Part shown: positions 35,909-45,265 of the stretch, in pieces
How the letters are laid out: each line of letters begins with the position of its first letter
How positions within the stretch are numbered: the stretch's first letter is position 1
Virus record (IMG/VR): IMGVR_UViG_3300045988_090210
Length of the DNA: 64,000 bases
Source: a virus
Reading direction: 5' to 3' (one strand)
Notes under the pieces: model-generated
What the model was told of the DNA's origin: nothing
The model's database searches: none
What the model saw: only the letters and a program-made list of their open reading frames with translations
Made by a program: the position numbers and the translations under genes

Positions 35909-35963
35909 TTGACAAACCTCCTTGTGGCATGGTATACTTAAACCATCAAACAAGGAGGTTTGT
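35909..35963 (+). promoter_or_regulatory. Promoter nested inside a 13-bp inverted repeat whose 3' arm contains the ribosome-binding site
   Basis: TTGACA at 35909-35914 and TGgTATACT ending at 35938. ACAAACCTCCTTG at 35912-35924 pairs perfectly with CAAGGAGGTTTGT at 35951-35963. Confidence 0.6.
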
Positions 35964-35966
35964 TTT

Positions 35967-36152
35967 ATGAAAGTTGATGATGTTCTCCGCTATGGTACAA
36001 TTCTTACAGATGATGAACTTTTCGACCGTTGCGATGATATGGCGGCAGAAATTCGTATTAGATTGTTTAGTTATGAAAGCGCTATCTATTATATTAAGAT
36101 GATTAACGGCGAAGTTGAAGAATTTAAGAAAGTAGGCACCGATGAGTATTAA
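35967..36152 (+). CDS. Small hypothetical protein (61 aa)
   Basis: ATG at 35967 follows AAGGAGG. Confidence 0.45.
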   Translation: MKVDDVLRYGTILTDDELFDRCDDMAAEIRIRLFSYESAIYYIKMINGEVEEFKKVGTDEY

Positions 36153-38355
36153 AATCAAACTAAAGCCAATCAAGCGAATTTTCTTTAATCCGTCTAATGG
36201 CTATAAAGTCCTAAGTTGTGAACCTATTGGTAGTTACCCTAACCTAATGCTCAACTCGTACAATAACTTTACTTTGGCCGGGACTAACCTTGGCATGGTT
36301 GATGTGGGCGATGAATATGAACTTGAAATCAGAGAAAACCAAAAGGCCAAATACCCAGCAAGCTATGTTTTGGTTGGGTTTGCTGATATTGATGTTAGTG
36401 CCGGGGGCATTAAAATCACGCCTGAGCAAGAGCTAAAAATCTTGCGCCACATCTGTGACGGTAACCAACCCCAGTATGTCCATGAAGCATATCCTGATTT
36501 TATTCAGATGGTGCTTGATGGGCGAGAAGAAGAAATCGACCATAAGAAGATTTACAATGTTGGCCCTGTGCGGTTTGAAGAATATGTGAATAAAATCAAG
36601 GGTTATTTCGCCACTATCCGATTCTTACCTATTGCTTCTGATTGGGGTATTGAAAATGATAATGATGTCAAGAAGTTGATTGATGTTTTCGCTACACCAG
36701 CAGAACTAAACCAAGCCCTTGAAAGTAGCCCCTATCATATTTTCTTTGATTTGCTTAATTATTCCTTTGACAAGTCTGATAGATATGTCTTAGACAAACG
36801 GCCTGATTTGATTGATTCTAAGGAGCGTTGTGAGTTTGCTTGTTTAGCTATTCTGCAAGAGAACGAAGATGAGGGCGACACAAGAATCTATACAGATTTG
36901 CTTGAGGAATTGGCCGAAGAAAAAGTACCTGAGTGTGTTAAATATGTAAGAGATGCTGTGCGTAATAGTGAAAGAATCTATTATGATGCAGAACAAGAGT
37001 ATTCCAGTAATAAAGCCACTTACGAGGCCGAAGTCAACATTGCTGAGAATATCCTTGATCGCCTCGCCTTAGAGAAAAAGCAAGACTGCAACTTAGGTAT
37101 GAATGTTGATGACTTCACAAGCGTTGATGGGTTTGAGTGTACAAATGAACAGAAGCAAATCCTTACCTTAGCCAATGAACACATGGTTGCTATGTTGAGG
37201 GGTTATGGCGGTTCTGGTAAGAGTACGGTAATGAAGGCACTGGTGTTGATGCTTGAGGCCAACCATAAAGATTATACCCAACTCGCTCCAACGGGTAAAG
37301 CAGCCAAACGCCTAAGAGAAACAACAGGCCGACCCGCAAGCACCATTCACATGGTATTGGCTCAAGATGGTCATATCGACTCTGATTTTGTCATTGTTGA
37401 TGAGTGTAGTATGGTTGGTGTTGATTTGTTGTCTAAGCTGTTTGATATATGCGAGTCTAATACACGATTTATCTTTGTGTGTGATGAAGCACAGTTGGCC
37501 TCTATCTCTTGTGGTAATGTTGTACAAGACATCATTGACTCAGGTGTTGTGCCTACGGCCACACTAACCAAGATTTTCCGGTATGGTTCATCCGGTCTTG
37601 CAACTGTGGCCACTGATACTCGTGAAGGCAAGGTTGGCCCAAGACAAAACAGCAATTATCCTGATTACCAGTTTATCTCTATTGGTGACAGCCCTATGGT
37701 GCAAATCCTTGATGCCTATAATTCTCTGCTTGACAAATACACTAAAGATGATATAATGATACTGTCCCCATTCAACAAAGGCTTGGTTGGTACAGTGGCA
37801 ATTAATAAAGCCATTCAGTCTAGATACAACCCAAACCCTGATACTAACGCTAAACGCAAGACAAGTGGTGGTGAGGAAATCATGTTCAAGGTGGGCGATA
37901 AGGTAATTAATACCCATAACGAATACCACTGCCCTTGCTTTAGAATTGATGAAGATGGGTCTTTGGTGGAGAGTATGAGCGACATCATGGTTATGAATGG
38001 TGATATGGGCTATATTCGGTATATTAAAGAGACCGATACAGGCATTGTTATGGCTGTTGAGTTCGATACTGGTATGGCAAGGATTTATGGGCCTTATATG
38101 AACAACTTACTGCTTGGGTATGCTATTAGTATTCATAAGAGTCAAGGTAGTGAGGCTAAGGCCGTGATTGTGATTACAAGCCCTATGCACAAGCGTATGT
38201 TAAGCAGCAATTTGTTGTATGTAGCCGATAGCCGTGCAAAAGAGCAGTTGGTTGAGATTGGCGATGTTGAGACAATCAAGGAAGGGCTTAAACGGCATGA
38301 ACAAAAAGAAAGAGAGACTTGGCTCTGTGAGCTATTAAAGGAGGAAAATAAATGA
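36142..38355 (+). CDS. RecD-like SF1 helicase
   Basis: Walker A GYGGSGKST, Walker B FVIVDECSMV, and motif VI AISIHKSQGSEAKAV. Confidence 0.8.
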   Translation: MSIKIKLKPIKRIFFNPSNGYKVLSCEPIGSYPNLMLNSYNNFTLAGTNLGMVDVGDEYELEIRENQKAKYPASYVLVGFADIDVSAGGIKITPEQELKILRHICDGNQPQYVHEAYPDFIQMVLDGREEEIDHKKIYNVGPVRFEEYVNKIKGYFATIRFLPIASDWGIENDNDVKKLIDVFATPAELNQALESSPYHIFFDLLNYSFDKSDRYVLDKRPDLIDSKERCEFACLAILQENEDEGDTRIYTDLLEELAEEKVPECVKYVRDAVRNSERIYYDAEQEYSSNKATYEAEVNIAENILDRLALEKKQDCNLGMNVDDFTSVDGFECTNEQKQILTLANEHMVAMLRGYGGSGKSTVMKALVLMLEANHKDYTQLAPTGKAAKRLRETTGRPASTIHMVLAQDGHIDSDFVIVDECSMVGVDLLSKLFDICESNTRFIFVCDEAQLASISCGNVVQDIIDSGVVPTATLTKIFRYGSSGLATVATDTREGKVGPRQNSNYPDYQFISIGDSPMVQILDAYNSLLDKYTKDDIMILSPFNKGLVGTVAINKAIQSRYNPNPDTNAKRKTSGGEEIMFKVGDKVINTHNEYHCPCFRIDEDGSLVESMSDIMVMNGDMGYIRYIKETDTGIVMAVEFDTGMARIYGPYMNNLLLGYAISIHKSQGSEAKAVIVITSPMHKRMLSSNLLYVADSRAKEQLVEIGDVETIKEGLKRHEQKERETWLCELLKEENK

Positions 38356-38612
38356 AAACGTATATGATTCGAGAGACTGTACAGCATTTCCACTCCATCG
38401 AGGTCGATGATGAAGTAGACATTTGTAATGTTATCGGAAAGGCAAAAACCCTACTACATCAGGCCACTGGGTTTGAGGCCATTGAAGAAGTGCTTAATGA
38501 CTACCAAAACAAATATGGCTTTGATTATACAGTTAAGCCCAACTATTGTGGCACTTGTTCAGAGGGACTTGAGATTGTCGGATGTAATGATGATAGCCCT
38601 GAACTTGATTAA
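38352..38612 (+). CDS. Hypothetical protein
   Basis: Coupled start. Confidence 0.45.
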   Translation: MKTYMIRETVQHFHSIEVDDEVDICNVIGKAKTLLHQATGFEAIEEVLNDYQNKYGFDYTVKPNYCGTCSEGLEIVGCNDDSPELD

Positions 38613-38699
38613 AGTTCATAGAATGTTTACATTTATTTAATATTGATGTAACATTTTTATGATATAATTATCGTCTTAACTCAAAGAAAGGAGGATAAT

Positions 38700-38903
38700 A
38701 TGGTCACATTTTACTCAACTCATTGCCCCAAGTGTAACATTCTTGAAAAGAAACTTAAAGCAAGCAACATCGACTATACAGAAAATAATGACGTTAATAT
38801 TATGTTATCTAAGGGATTACGAACAGCGCCAGCACTTGAGGTTGATGGGGAAATTTATACATTTACTCAAGCAATTGAATGGTTAAAAAATCAGGAGGGG
38901 TAA
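38700..38903 (+). CDS. Glutaredoxin/NrdH-like redoxin
   Basis: CPKC active site after beta-1, 67 aa, immediately upstream of nrdD. Confidence 0.7.
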   Translation: MVTFYSTHCPKCNILEKKLKASNIDYTENNDVNIMLSKGLRTAPALEVDGEIYTFTQAIEWLKNQEG

Positions 38904-38906
38904 AGT

Positions 38907-39428
38907 TTGGATATTACACTTAAACTAAGTAAAGACTTTGAACGTTGTCTTGAGGATTTAAAGAAAAAGTACGGAGAAGATTTTGAATACATCAACGGCC
39001 TACACCCAAATCAGCTTGATTTCTCCGAGTTTCTTGATAAGTTCGTTGCCGAAGATACCATGGCTGACGCAACTATTGACCCCAATGCCAACGCTCGCCA
39101 CAAGGACATTCGTTCCTTTATGACTGAAAAAGGCAAGTCTGAAGATAAGTTGTTTGGTCTAAATAAAATTTTTACCGAAATCAAAAAACAATGGGGTCTA
39201 AGAACAGCAAAACAATGGCTTGAACAGGAGTTTAGTAAGGGCTTTTATCTAAACGATAGTGCAACAGCCAGTTATTTCCCATATTGTTGGGCAAATGATT
39301 TTACTCGCCTCGCCACTGAAGGTTTGTTCTTTATCAATGAATACAATAACCAACCCCCTAAGCACCTTACTACTTATCTTGATGATGTTATTGAATTTGT
39401 GTCGTTTCTATCTAATCGGCAGTCGGGT
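38907..39428 (+). CDS. nrdD: Anaerobic ribonucleoside-triphosphate reductase, exon 1
   Basis: NrdD-like N-terminus ending ...LSNRQSG. The frame then runs into intron sequence. The splice site follows U 39428. Confidence 0.75.
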
Positions 39429-40562
39429 GAACATTACTGCGCCCATTTGCTTCTTTTCTGCTAATCAGCGGGGTTACAATTATGTAGCTAACGGTGAAGG
39501 CTAAGTCTTAATGATATGCTAATACCGTGGGAATGTTTTATAAGGTAGTTTAATGAAAAAAGACATTTATGTAATAAAAAACAGAGTAAATAACATGGTT
39601 TATGTGGGGCAAGCAATAAATTCTGCCGAAAGATTTATCGCTCATTGTAAGCCAAGTTCTGCAAAACAAGACAAATCCATTATTGATAAAGCCATTCAAA
39701 AATACGGTGCCAATAATTTTTGGTTTGAAGTAATCGAACATCAGATTGAAGATTATAACGAACGAGAAAAATATTGGATAAAAAAACTGAATTCTTTAAC
39801 ACCAAATGGATATAACATACAGGCAGGAGGCGAAAATCCGCCTGTATATCATGGGGTTGACCATTCGCTGTCCACATTTGATAACATAGAGACGGTTAAT
39901 CTTATCAAGGACGATTTGAGGAATACTTGTTTGAGTTTGTCTGAAATAGCTAACAAGTATAATTCAAGTAAGAGAACAATAATGAGGATAAATCAAGGGT
40001 TACATTATGAATCTATTGATGATGTTTACCCTATTAGAAAAGAACCCTTGCAAAATGGCAAGCTATCAAATGGACAAATAGAAGAAATCATAGAGATTCT
40101 AAAATACACATACAGGCAATATAATGATATTGCTCGTCAGTATGAGGTATCTCCGTCAACTATAAAACAGATAAATTCTGGTGTTGTCCATTTTGACTCC
40201 AAAGAATCTTATCCCATTAGAAAATACAAAAATAGTGGCAAACCAAACTGTACTTATGCCCAAGTTACAGAAATTATCGATTTGCTAACTACTACAGATA
40301 TGTCTTGCAACCAAATTCATAAATGTTATAATGTCGATTTACAGACCATATATATGATAAAAAATGGTACTGCAAAAAGATATAAACGAGAAGGATATAA
40401 ATATCCTCTCAGAAAAAACAACCCTATAAAATAAGCCTGTATCGACTATCCCAGTGAATGGGAGTACATTTGCTATTGATACGCAAATGGAAAGAGAAGC
40501 ACTACAAATTTAATTTTGTAGCAAAATATAGTCAGTCCTTATAGAAATATAAGATGTCTACG
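39429..40562 (+). mobile_element. Group I intron in nrdD
   Basis: The internal guide CTGCGCCC (39437-39444) pairs with the 5' exon GGGU in P1 (with a U-G pair) and with the 3' exon GCAG in P10. P7 is GACTAT at 40444-40449 paired with ATAGTC at 40528-40533. The last intron base is G 40562. Joining the exons restores ...SNRQSG|AVGMPNV... Confidence 0.7.
39553..40434 (+). CDS. GIY-YIG homing endonuclease (intron-encoded)
   Basis: IYVIKNRVNNMVYVGQA ... RFIAH ... EREKYWIKKLNSLTPNGYN, followed by repeated helix-turn-helix-like C-terminal modules. Confidence 0.8.
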   Translation: MKKDIYVIKNRVNNMVYVGQAINSAERFIAHCKPSSAKQDKSIIDKAIQKYGANNFWFEVIEHQIEDYNEREKYWIKKLNSLTPNGYNIQAGGENPPVYHGVDHSLSTFDNIETVNLIKDDLRNTCLSLSEIANKYNSSKRTIMRINQGLHYESIDDVYPIRKEPLQNGKLSNGQIEEIIEILKYTYRQYNDIARQYEVSPSTIKQINSGVVHFDSKESYPIRKYKNSGKPNCTYAQVTEIIDLLTTTDMSCNQIHKCYNVDLQTIYMIKNGTAKRYKREGYKYPLRKNNPIK

Positions 40563-41963
40563 GCAGTAGGTATGCCCAATGTTCTAATTTGGGCTTATTA
40601 TTTCTGGAAGCACGATATTGAGAATGGGTACTATTTGAAAGACCCTGACACTTATCTACGTCAGTGTTTCCAAAAACTAATTTATCGTCTAAACCAGCCC
40701 TTCCTACGCATTGACCAAGCTAGCTTTACAAACGTAAGCATTTTTGACCGGCCTTATCTTGAAAGCCTGTTTGGCGGCATGGAGTTTCCTGATGGCACTT
40801 TCGCCATTGACCAGATTGAGGAAATGCTTGAATGTCAAAAGGTGTTTATGGAGGTTGTGAGTGACATTCGTGAAGAACAGATGTTCACTTATCCTGTGTT
40901 AACCTATTCTCTACTATATAAAGACGGTAAGTTCGTAGATGAGGACTTTGCTCGGTGGTGTAGCAATCACAATATTAAGTGGTCTGATAGTAATTTCTTC
41001 GTAAGTGACAATGTGGGCGTTTTGTCCAACTGTTGTCGTTTGCTCAGTGATACTAATAAGCTGGATGCTTTTATCAACTCTATTGGTGGCACAGCCCTAT
41101 CTGTCGGTTCTTGCCGTGTAAGCACTATCAATCTTGTTCGTATTGCTTATGAGAGCAAGATGAATAAGAAGAAGTATTTAGACATTCTGCGAGACAGGGT
41201 GTTGCTGGACTGCAAGGCACTAACCTCTATGCGTCATATCCTAAAGCGCAACATCGAAAAGGGCCTACTACCCAACTATCAAGATGGTGCTGTTGAGCTT
41301 GACAAGCAATTCTGTACCATTGGTGGTATTGGTATGTATGAGGTTATGGATTTGTTTAGCCTTATCAATACAGATGAGTTTGGTAACAAGTCTTATAGTG
41401 ATGAAGCTGTTGAGTTCGCCACTCAAATCCTTGACACCATGAACGATGTTAAAGACCATTTTGAGTGCGATTTTACCTTTAACATTGAGATGATTCCCGC
41501 TGAGAATTGTGCTGGTGTTATTTGCACTGCTGACAATCTACTATACGAGCAAAACAAGTATTTCATCTACTCTAACCAGTGGATCCCCCTTATGGAAAAG
41601 TGTACTATTCAAGAAAAGTGCCGTTTAGGTCATCTGTTTGATGCTAAATGTGGCGGTGGTTGTATTGCTCATATTGATATTGAGAACCGGTTCCCCAACG
41701 AAGAAGCCGCTTGGGATATGCTGAATTATGTGGCCAAACAGGGCGTAATTTACTTTGCTTTTACCACTAAGATTAACGTTTGTGAGGATAAACACGCTTT
41801 TATTGGTACTAAAGAGTGCCCCCAGTGTGGCAAGCCTGTGGCCGACCAATATGCTCGTGTGGTAGGGTTCTATACCCCTGTTTCTGGTTATCAGCGCATC
41901 CGCAAGAGCGAGTTCAACCAGCGCAAATGGTATGATGTTCTAAACAAGGATGGGATTATGTAA
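40563..41963 (+). CDS. nrdD: Anaerobic ribonucleoside-triphosphate reductase, exon 2
   Basis: C-terminal zinc ribbon CPQCG plus the glycyl-radical-type motif ARVVGFYTPV. Confidence 0.8.
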   Translation, partial: AVGMPNVLIWAYYFWKHDIENGYYLKDPDTYLRQCFQKLIYRLNQPFLRIDQASFTNVSIFDRPYLESLFGGMEFPDGTFAIDQIEEMLECQKVFMEVVSDIREEQMFTYPVLTYSLLYKDGKFVDEDFARWCSNHNIKWSDSNFFVSDNVGVLSNCCRLLSDTNKLDAFINSIGGTALSVGSCRVSTINLVRIAYESKMNKKKYLDILRDRVLLDCKALTSMRHILKRNIEKGLLPNYQDGAVELDKQFCTIGGIGMYEVMDLFSLINTDEFGNKSYSDEAVEFATQILDTMNDVKDHFECDFTFNIEMIPAENCAGVICTADNLLYEQNKYFIYSNQWIPLMEKCTIQEKCRLGHLFDAKCGGGCIAHIDIENRFPNEEAAWDMLNYVAKQGVIYFAFTTKINVCEDKHAFIGTKECPQCGKPVADQYARVVGFYTPVSGYQRIRKSEFNQRKWYDVLNKDGIM

Positions 41964-42457
41964 TGGCAGATACCATAGCACTAAGAGATGTGGTAGTTGA
42001 AGATTTTTGTAATTATAAACTCCCCTCAATGTTCCTTATCTCATCTTACTGCGATTGGAAATGTTGCCATGAGGCCAATATTGATGAGTCCGTGTGTCAA
42101 AATCACGGACTTGTCTCTGGCCCCATTAAACAAATTTCCTATGGAAGCCTGTATCAAGCATATATTAACAACGATATAACCAAAGCAATCGTTATTGGTG
42201 GTCTTGAACCCATACTTCAAATTAACGAAGTAGTTGGTCTTATACATTATTTTAGAAAAAAATCATGCCAAGACACGTTTGTAATCTATACTGGGTATTA
42301 TCCCTCTGAGATACCTAAACCCCTTTCTGAGCTTAAAAAACTACACAATATTACTATCAAATATGGGCGTTATGACCCCAACCTCAAGGCCAGATATGAT
42401 GATGTGCTTGGAGTTATGTTGGTAAGTGAAAATCAATATGGGGAGGTTTTAAGTTGA
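41963..42457 (+). CDS. nrdG: NrdG-like activating enzyme
   Basis: It lies directly after nrdD, with an N-terminal Cys cluster (YCDWKCCHE) and IGGLEP...IYTGY. The cysteine spacing is atypical for the radical-SAM CxxxCxxC motif. Confidence 0.5.
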   Translation: MADTIALRDVVVEDFCNYKLPSMFLISSYCDWKCCHEANIDESVCQNHGLVSGPIKQISYGSLYQAYINNDITKAIVIGGLEPILQINEVVGLIHYFRKKSCQDTFVIYTGYYPSEIPKPLSELKKLHNITIKYGRYDPNLKARYDDVLGVMLVSENQYGEVLS

Positions 42458-42645
42458 CTAAAATTAAACTAACTGATGACATTGAACTCCGGCAAGAAAT
42501 TATCAAAAAGTTAAAAGAAAACCATGGTTTTTGCCCATGTGCCCTGACTAAAACACAGGACACTGTATGTATGTGCAAAGACTTCCGTGAAAATGTCCAA
42601 TCTGGCCCGTGTCACTGTGGGCTATATGTAAAGGAGACAACATAA
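42454..42645 (+). CDS. Ferredoxin-thioredoxin reductase catalytic-subunit-like Cys-rich protein
   Basis: CPC ... CMC ... CHCGLY spacing resembles the FTR catalytic chain (CPC...CPC...CHC). Confidence 0.45.
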   Translation: MTKIKLTDDIELRQEIIKKLKENHGFCPCALTKTQDTVCMCKDFRENVQSGPCHCGLYVKETT

Positions 42646-42860
42646 TGATTAGTGAGATTACAGATATTGGCGTTTATCTTGGCCAATTCGGCAATGAGAC
42701 CCGACTATGTGAACTACCCCCTGAGTCCGACATTATCCCTCAAAAGGGCGACTTTATCTTTTATGATAGTGAGCCTTACAAGGTAATGTATTGTATGGTT
42801 GATGTAGACAATGGCGAATATTCTATCTTTGTTCGCAGAGCGATTGAGGAGGATTTTTGA
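42645..42860 (+). CDS. Hypothetical protein
   Basis: ATG at 42645 follows AAGGAGAC. Confidence 0.45.
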   Translation: MISEITDIGVYLGQFGNETRLCELPPESDIIPQKGDFIFYDSEPYKVMYCMVDVDNGEYSIFVRRAIEEDF

Positions 42861-43057
42861 TGGTTGAACTTAGAAAATGGCCAACAGACACAGATTGGGC
42901 TTGGTGTAAAGAATGTTGCCTTAATACAGTAGGCAAGACCTCTACAACCCTACCAACAGAAGAATGGAAACGTAAGCTAATTGCAGCTGAACACAGCCCC
43001 CTAAGAGAGCTATGGTTTGGTATCAAAATGACCATTCCTTATTGGGTTTCCGTGCAT
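42857..43057 (+). CDS. ThyX-like (Thy1 family) flavin-dependent thymidylate synthase homologue, exon 1
   Basis: It ends ...AEHSPLRELWFGIKMTIPYWVSVH. The in-frame stop at 43058-43060 belongs to the intron. Confidence 0.6.
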
Positions 43058-44078
43058 TAACATAAAAGTGCCCTTACACAGTAATGTGTATTGAAAACTC
43101 CGTTAACTTGTAATTGCAAGGTGTGAAGTTGACTTTATAAGGTCGGTAAGGAAATGTACCGTTTGCAACTTTGCTAACAGGGGAAATCTAAGGTTGACAC
43201 TATGACAATCCTGTGCTATAATTAGAATGTCCAGAAGATATAAAGGAGGTGAAAATTTTGAAAAAAATAGATATTATTGGCAATGTTTACTCTTCCAATC
43301 ATTATGGAGACTTCATTGTAGAAAAAGAATTGTACCCACAAGGAACAAATGTTTATTATCAAATCCGTTTCTTAAGTACAGGAACAACAACTAAAGCTGA
43401 AAAGCATAATATAAAGAAAGGCTCAGTAGCAGATTGTTACGCTAAAACAATTTATGGCGTTGCTTGTCGTGGGCGTGCATCTTCTAAATACCCTGTGTTA
43501 AACAAAGTGGCTTTCAAACGTTGGTTGGCCATGTTGTCTCGTTGCTATAATAAAAACGATATTGGGTATAAGTCTTATGGTGCCAAGGGGTGTGTTGTTT
43601 CTGAAGATTGGCTTTGCTTTGAAAATTATGTGCGAGACATAATTAACATTAAAGGCTTCAACAAAGAAGAATATCTAAAGGGTATTATCCAGTTGGACAA
43701 GGATGTTAAGATTCCTGATAACAAAGAATATTCTGTTGACAAATGTATTTTTCTAAATGCTTCAGCCAACAAGAAAAATCAACCTTCAAAGCAAAGATAT
43801 TTTTATGCAATTTCGCCACAAGGCCAGCAATTTATATACAACAACGCCAATTTGTGTGCACAAGAACACGACTTAACCGCAAGAACCATCTTAAAATGCT
43901 TAAAAGGTCAATTCAAGCAACACAAAGGCTGGACATTCAAACTTGTAGTCTAACGACTATCTCGAAAGAGAGTAGGGCGATTATGAAACGAATTGCTCGA
44001 AAAGCGGAGAACCCATATATATGGGTTGTGATATAGTCTACTCCCCTAATAAATATCGGGAAACCGAGGGTATAAAGG
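43058..44078 (+). mobile_element. Group I intron in the ThyX-like gene
   Basis: GTGC at 43068-43071 pairs with the exon GCAU in P1 (with a U-G pair). The AAA immediately 5' of it pairs with the 3' exon UUU in P10. P7 is GACTAT at 43955-43960 paired with ATAGTC at 44033-44038. The last intron base is G 44078. Joining restores WVSVH|FVRHHIG. Confidence 0.65.
43249..43953 (+). CDS. Intron-encoded endonuclease-like protein (family not assigned)
   Basis: It has its own promoter (TTGACA ... TGcTATAAT) and an AAGGAGG ribosome-binding site. The likely start is TTG at 43258. The motif WLAMLSRCYNKNDIGYKSYGAKGCVVSEDW is common in phage proteins annotated as homing endonucleases. Confidence 0.5.
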   Translation: MKILKKIDIIGNVYSSNHYGDFIVEKELYPQGTNVYYQIRFLSTGTTTKAEKHNIKKGSVADCYAKTIYGVACRGRASSKYPVLNKVAFKRWLAMLSRCYNKNDIGYKSYGAKGCVVSEDWLCFENYVRDIINIKGFNKEEYLKGIIQLDKDVKIPDNKEYSVDKCIFLNASANKKNQPSKQRYFYAISPQGQQFIYNNANLCAQEHDLTARTILKCLKGQFKQHKGWTFKLVV

Positions 44079-44417
44079 TTTGTTCGTCATCACATTGGAT
44101 GCAATCATTATGTTCAGTCCCAACGCAATGACCGACAAAACAAGTATGACCGCAACAAGGCCTCACAAGACGAACTGGTAAGCCATATTATGTCCATCAA
44201 CGCACAAGAGCTTGTGTTTATGGCTCATAAGCGTCTATGCAACCAAGCCTCTCCTGAGACTCGTGCTGTAATGCGAGAAATCGTAGATAAAGTTACTGAA
44301 AAATGCCCTGAATTTAAGGGTTTTCTTGTCCCATTGTGCGAGTATAGAGGTGGGGTCTGCACAGAGTTTTACCCCTGCGGATATAATAAAACAATCAAGG
44401 AGAAAAACGATGCTTGA
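44079..44417 (+). CDS. ThyX-like protein, exon 2
   Basis: FVRHHIGCNHYVQSQRNDR aligns with the ThyX RHRxxSxxxQSxR motif. LCEYRGGVCTEFYPCG aligns with the ThyX C-terminal Cys motif. Confidence 0.6.
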   Translation, partial: FVRHHIGCNHYVQSQRNDRQNKYDRNKASQDELVSHIMSINAQELVFMAHKRLCNQASPETRAVMREIVDKVTEKCPEFKGFLVPLCEYRGGVCTEFYPCGYNKTIKEKNDA

Positions 44418-44889
44418 ACTAAAGATTAAACGTTTATCTGAAACAGCGACAATCCCTACTAAAGCCCACCCTACTGATGCTTGTTTTGACCTATATGCGG
44501 ATATTGGTTACATTACCGCGAGATATGTAGACGGTCTAAGGAAAGTCCCCGACTCTATCATCATTCGTCCCCATGAAACCGTTAAGATTCACACGGGTAT
44601 TGCTACTAACATTCCTCATGGTTATTGGGGCGCTATTTTTGCCCGTTCTGGGCTTGCTACTAAACAGGGGCTAAGACCAGCACAGGGAGTGCCTGTCATT
44701 GATGAACCTTATACAGGTGAGTGGTTAATCCCCTTACATAATGATACCGATGAAGACAAAATTGTACATCACGGAGATAGAATTGCACAGTTTATGTTAC
44801 TACCTTGGTATGAAACTGCAATTACCGAAATTGATGAACTTGAAGCCACAGACAGAGGCGCTGGAGGCTTCGGCAGTAGTGGTGTCTAA
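44410..44889 (+). CDS. dut: dUTPase (trimeric)
   Basis: AHPTDACFDLYA, ARSGLA, GDRIAQ and RGAGGFGSSG motifs. Confidence 0.9.
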   Translation: MLELKIKRLSETATIPTKAHPTDACFDLYADIGYITARYVDGLRKVPDSIIIRPHETVKIHTGIATNIPHGYWGAIFARSGLATKQGLRPAQGVPVIDEPYTGEWLIPLHNDTDEDKIVHHGDRIAQFMLLPWYETAITEIDELEATDRGAGGFGSSGV

Positions 44890-44891
44890 CC

Positions 44892-45248
44892 ATGATTATT
44901 GCAGTCGATTTCGACAAAACATTATCCCTTGGCGCACAGTATCCTTACATCGGTGAACCCAACACAGAACTAATCTCAATCCTCAATCAACTACAAGCCC
45001 TTAAACATACCATCATCCTGTGGACTTGTAGAGAGGGTAAAGAGCTAAATGAGGCCGTAGAATGGCTAAAATCTAAAGGTCTAACGCCTGATTATGTAAA
45101 CTCTAACGTTCCTTGGTTGGGCTTTGATAGTCGTAAGATTGTGGCCGATTATTACATTGATGATTGTGCTGTTCATGTCCGCAATACAATCAAGCTAAAA
45201 GCCATTTTATATGACGGCAAGTTAAGACGTAATGATTGCCAAGGCTAA
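44892..45248 (+). CDS. HAD-superfamily phosphatase-like protein
   Basis: The N-terminal sequence IIAVDFDKTL is a DxD nucleophile motif. Confidence 0.5.
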   Translation: MIIAVDFDKTLSLGAQYPYIGEPNTELISILNQLQALKHTIILWTCREGKELNEAVEWLKSKGLTPDYVNSNVPWLGFDSRKIVADYYIDDCAVHVRNTIKLKAILYDGKLRRNDCQG

Positions 45249-45265
45249 CTAAACATCGAAAAAAA

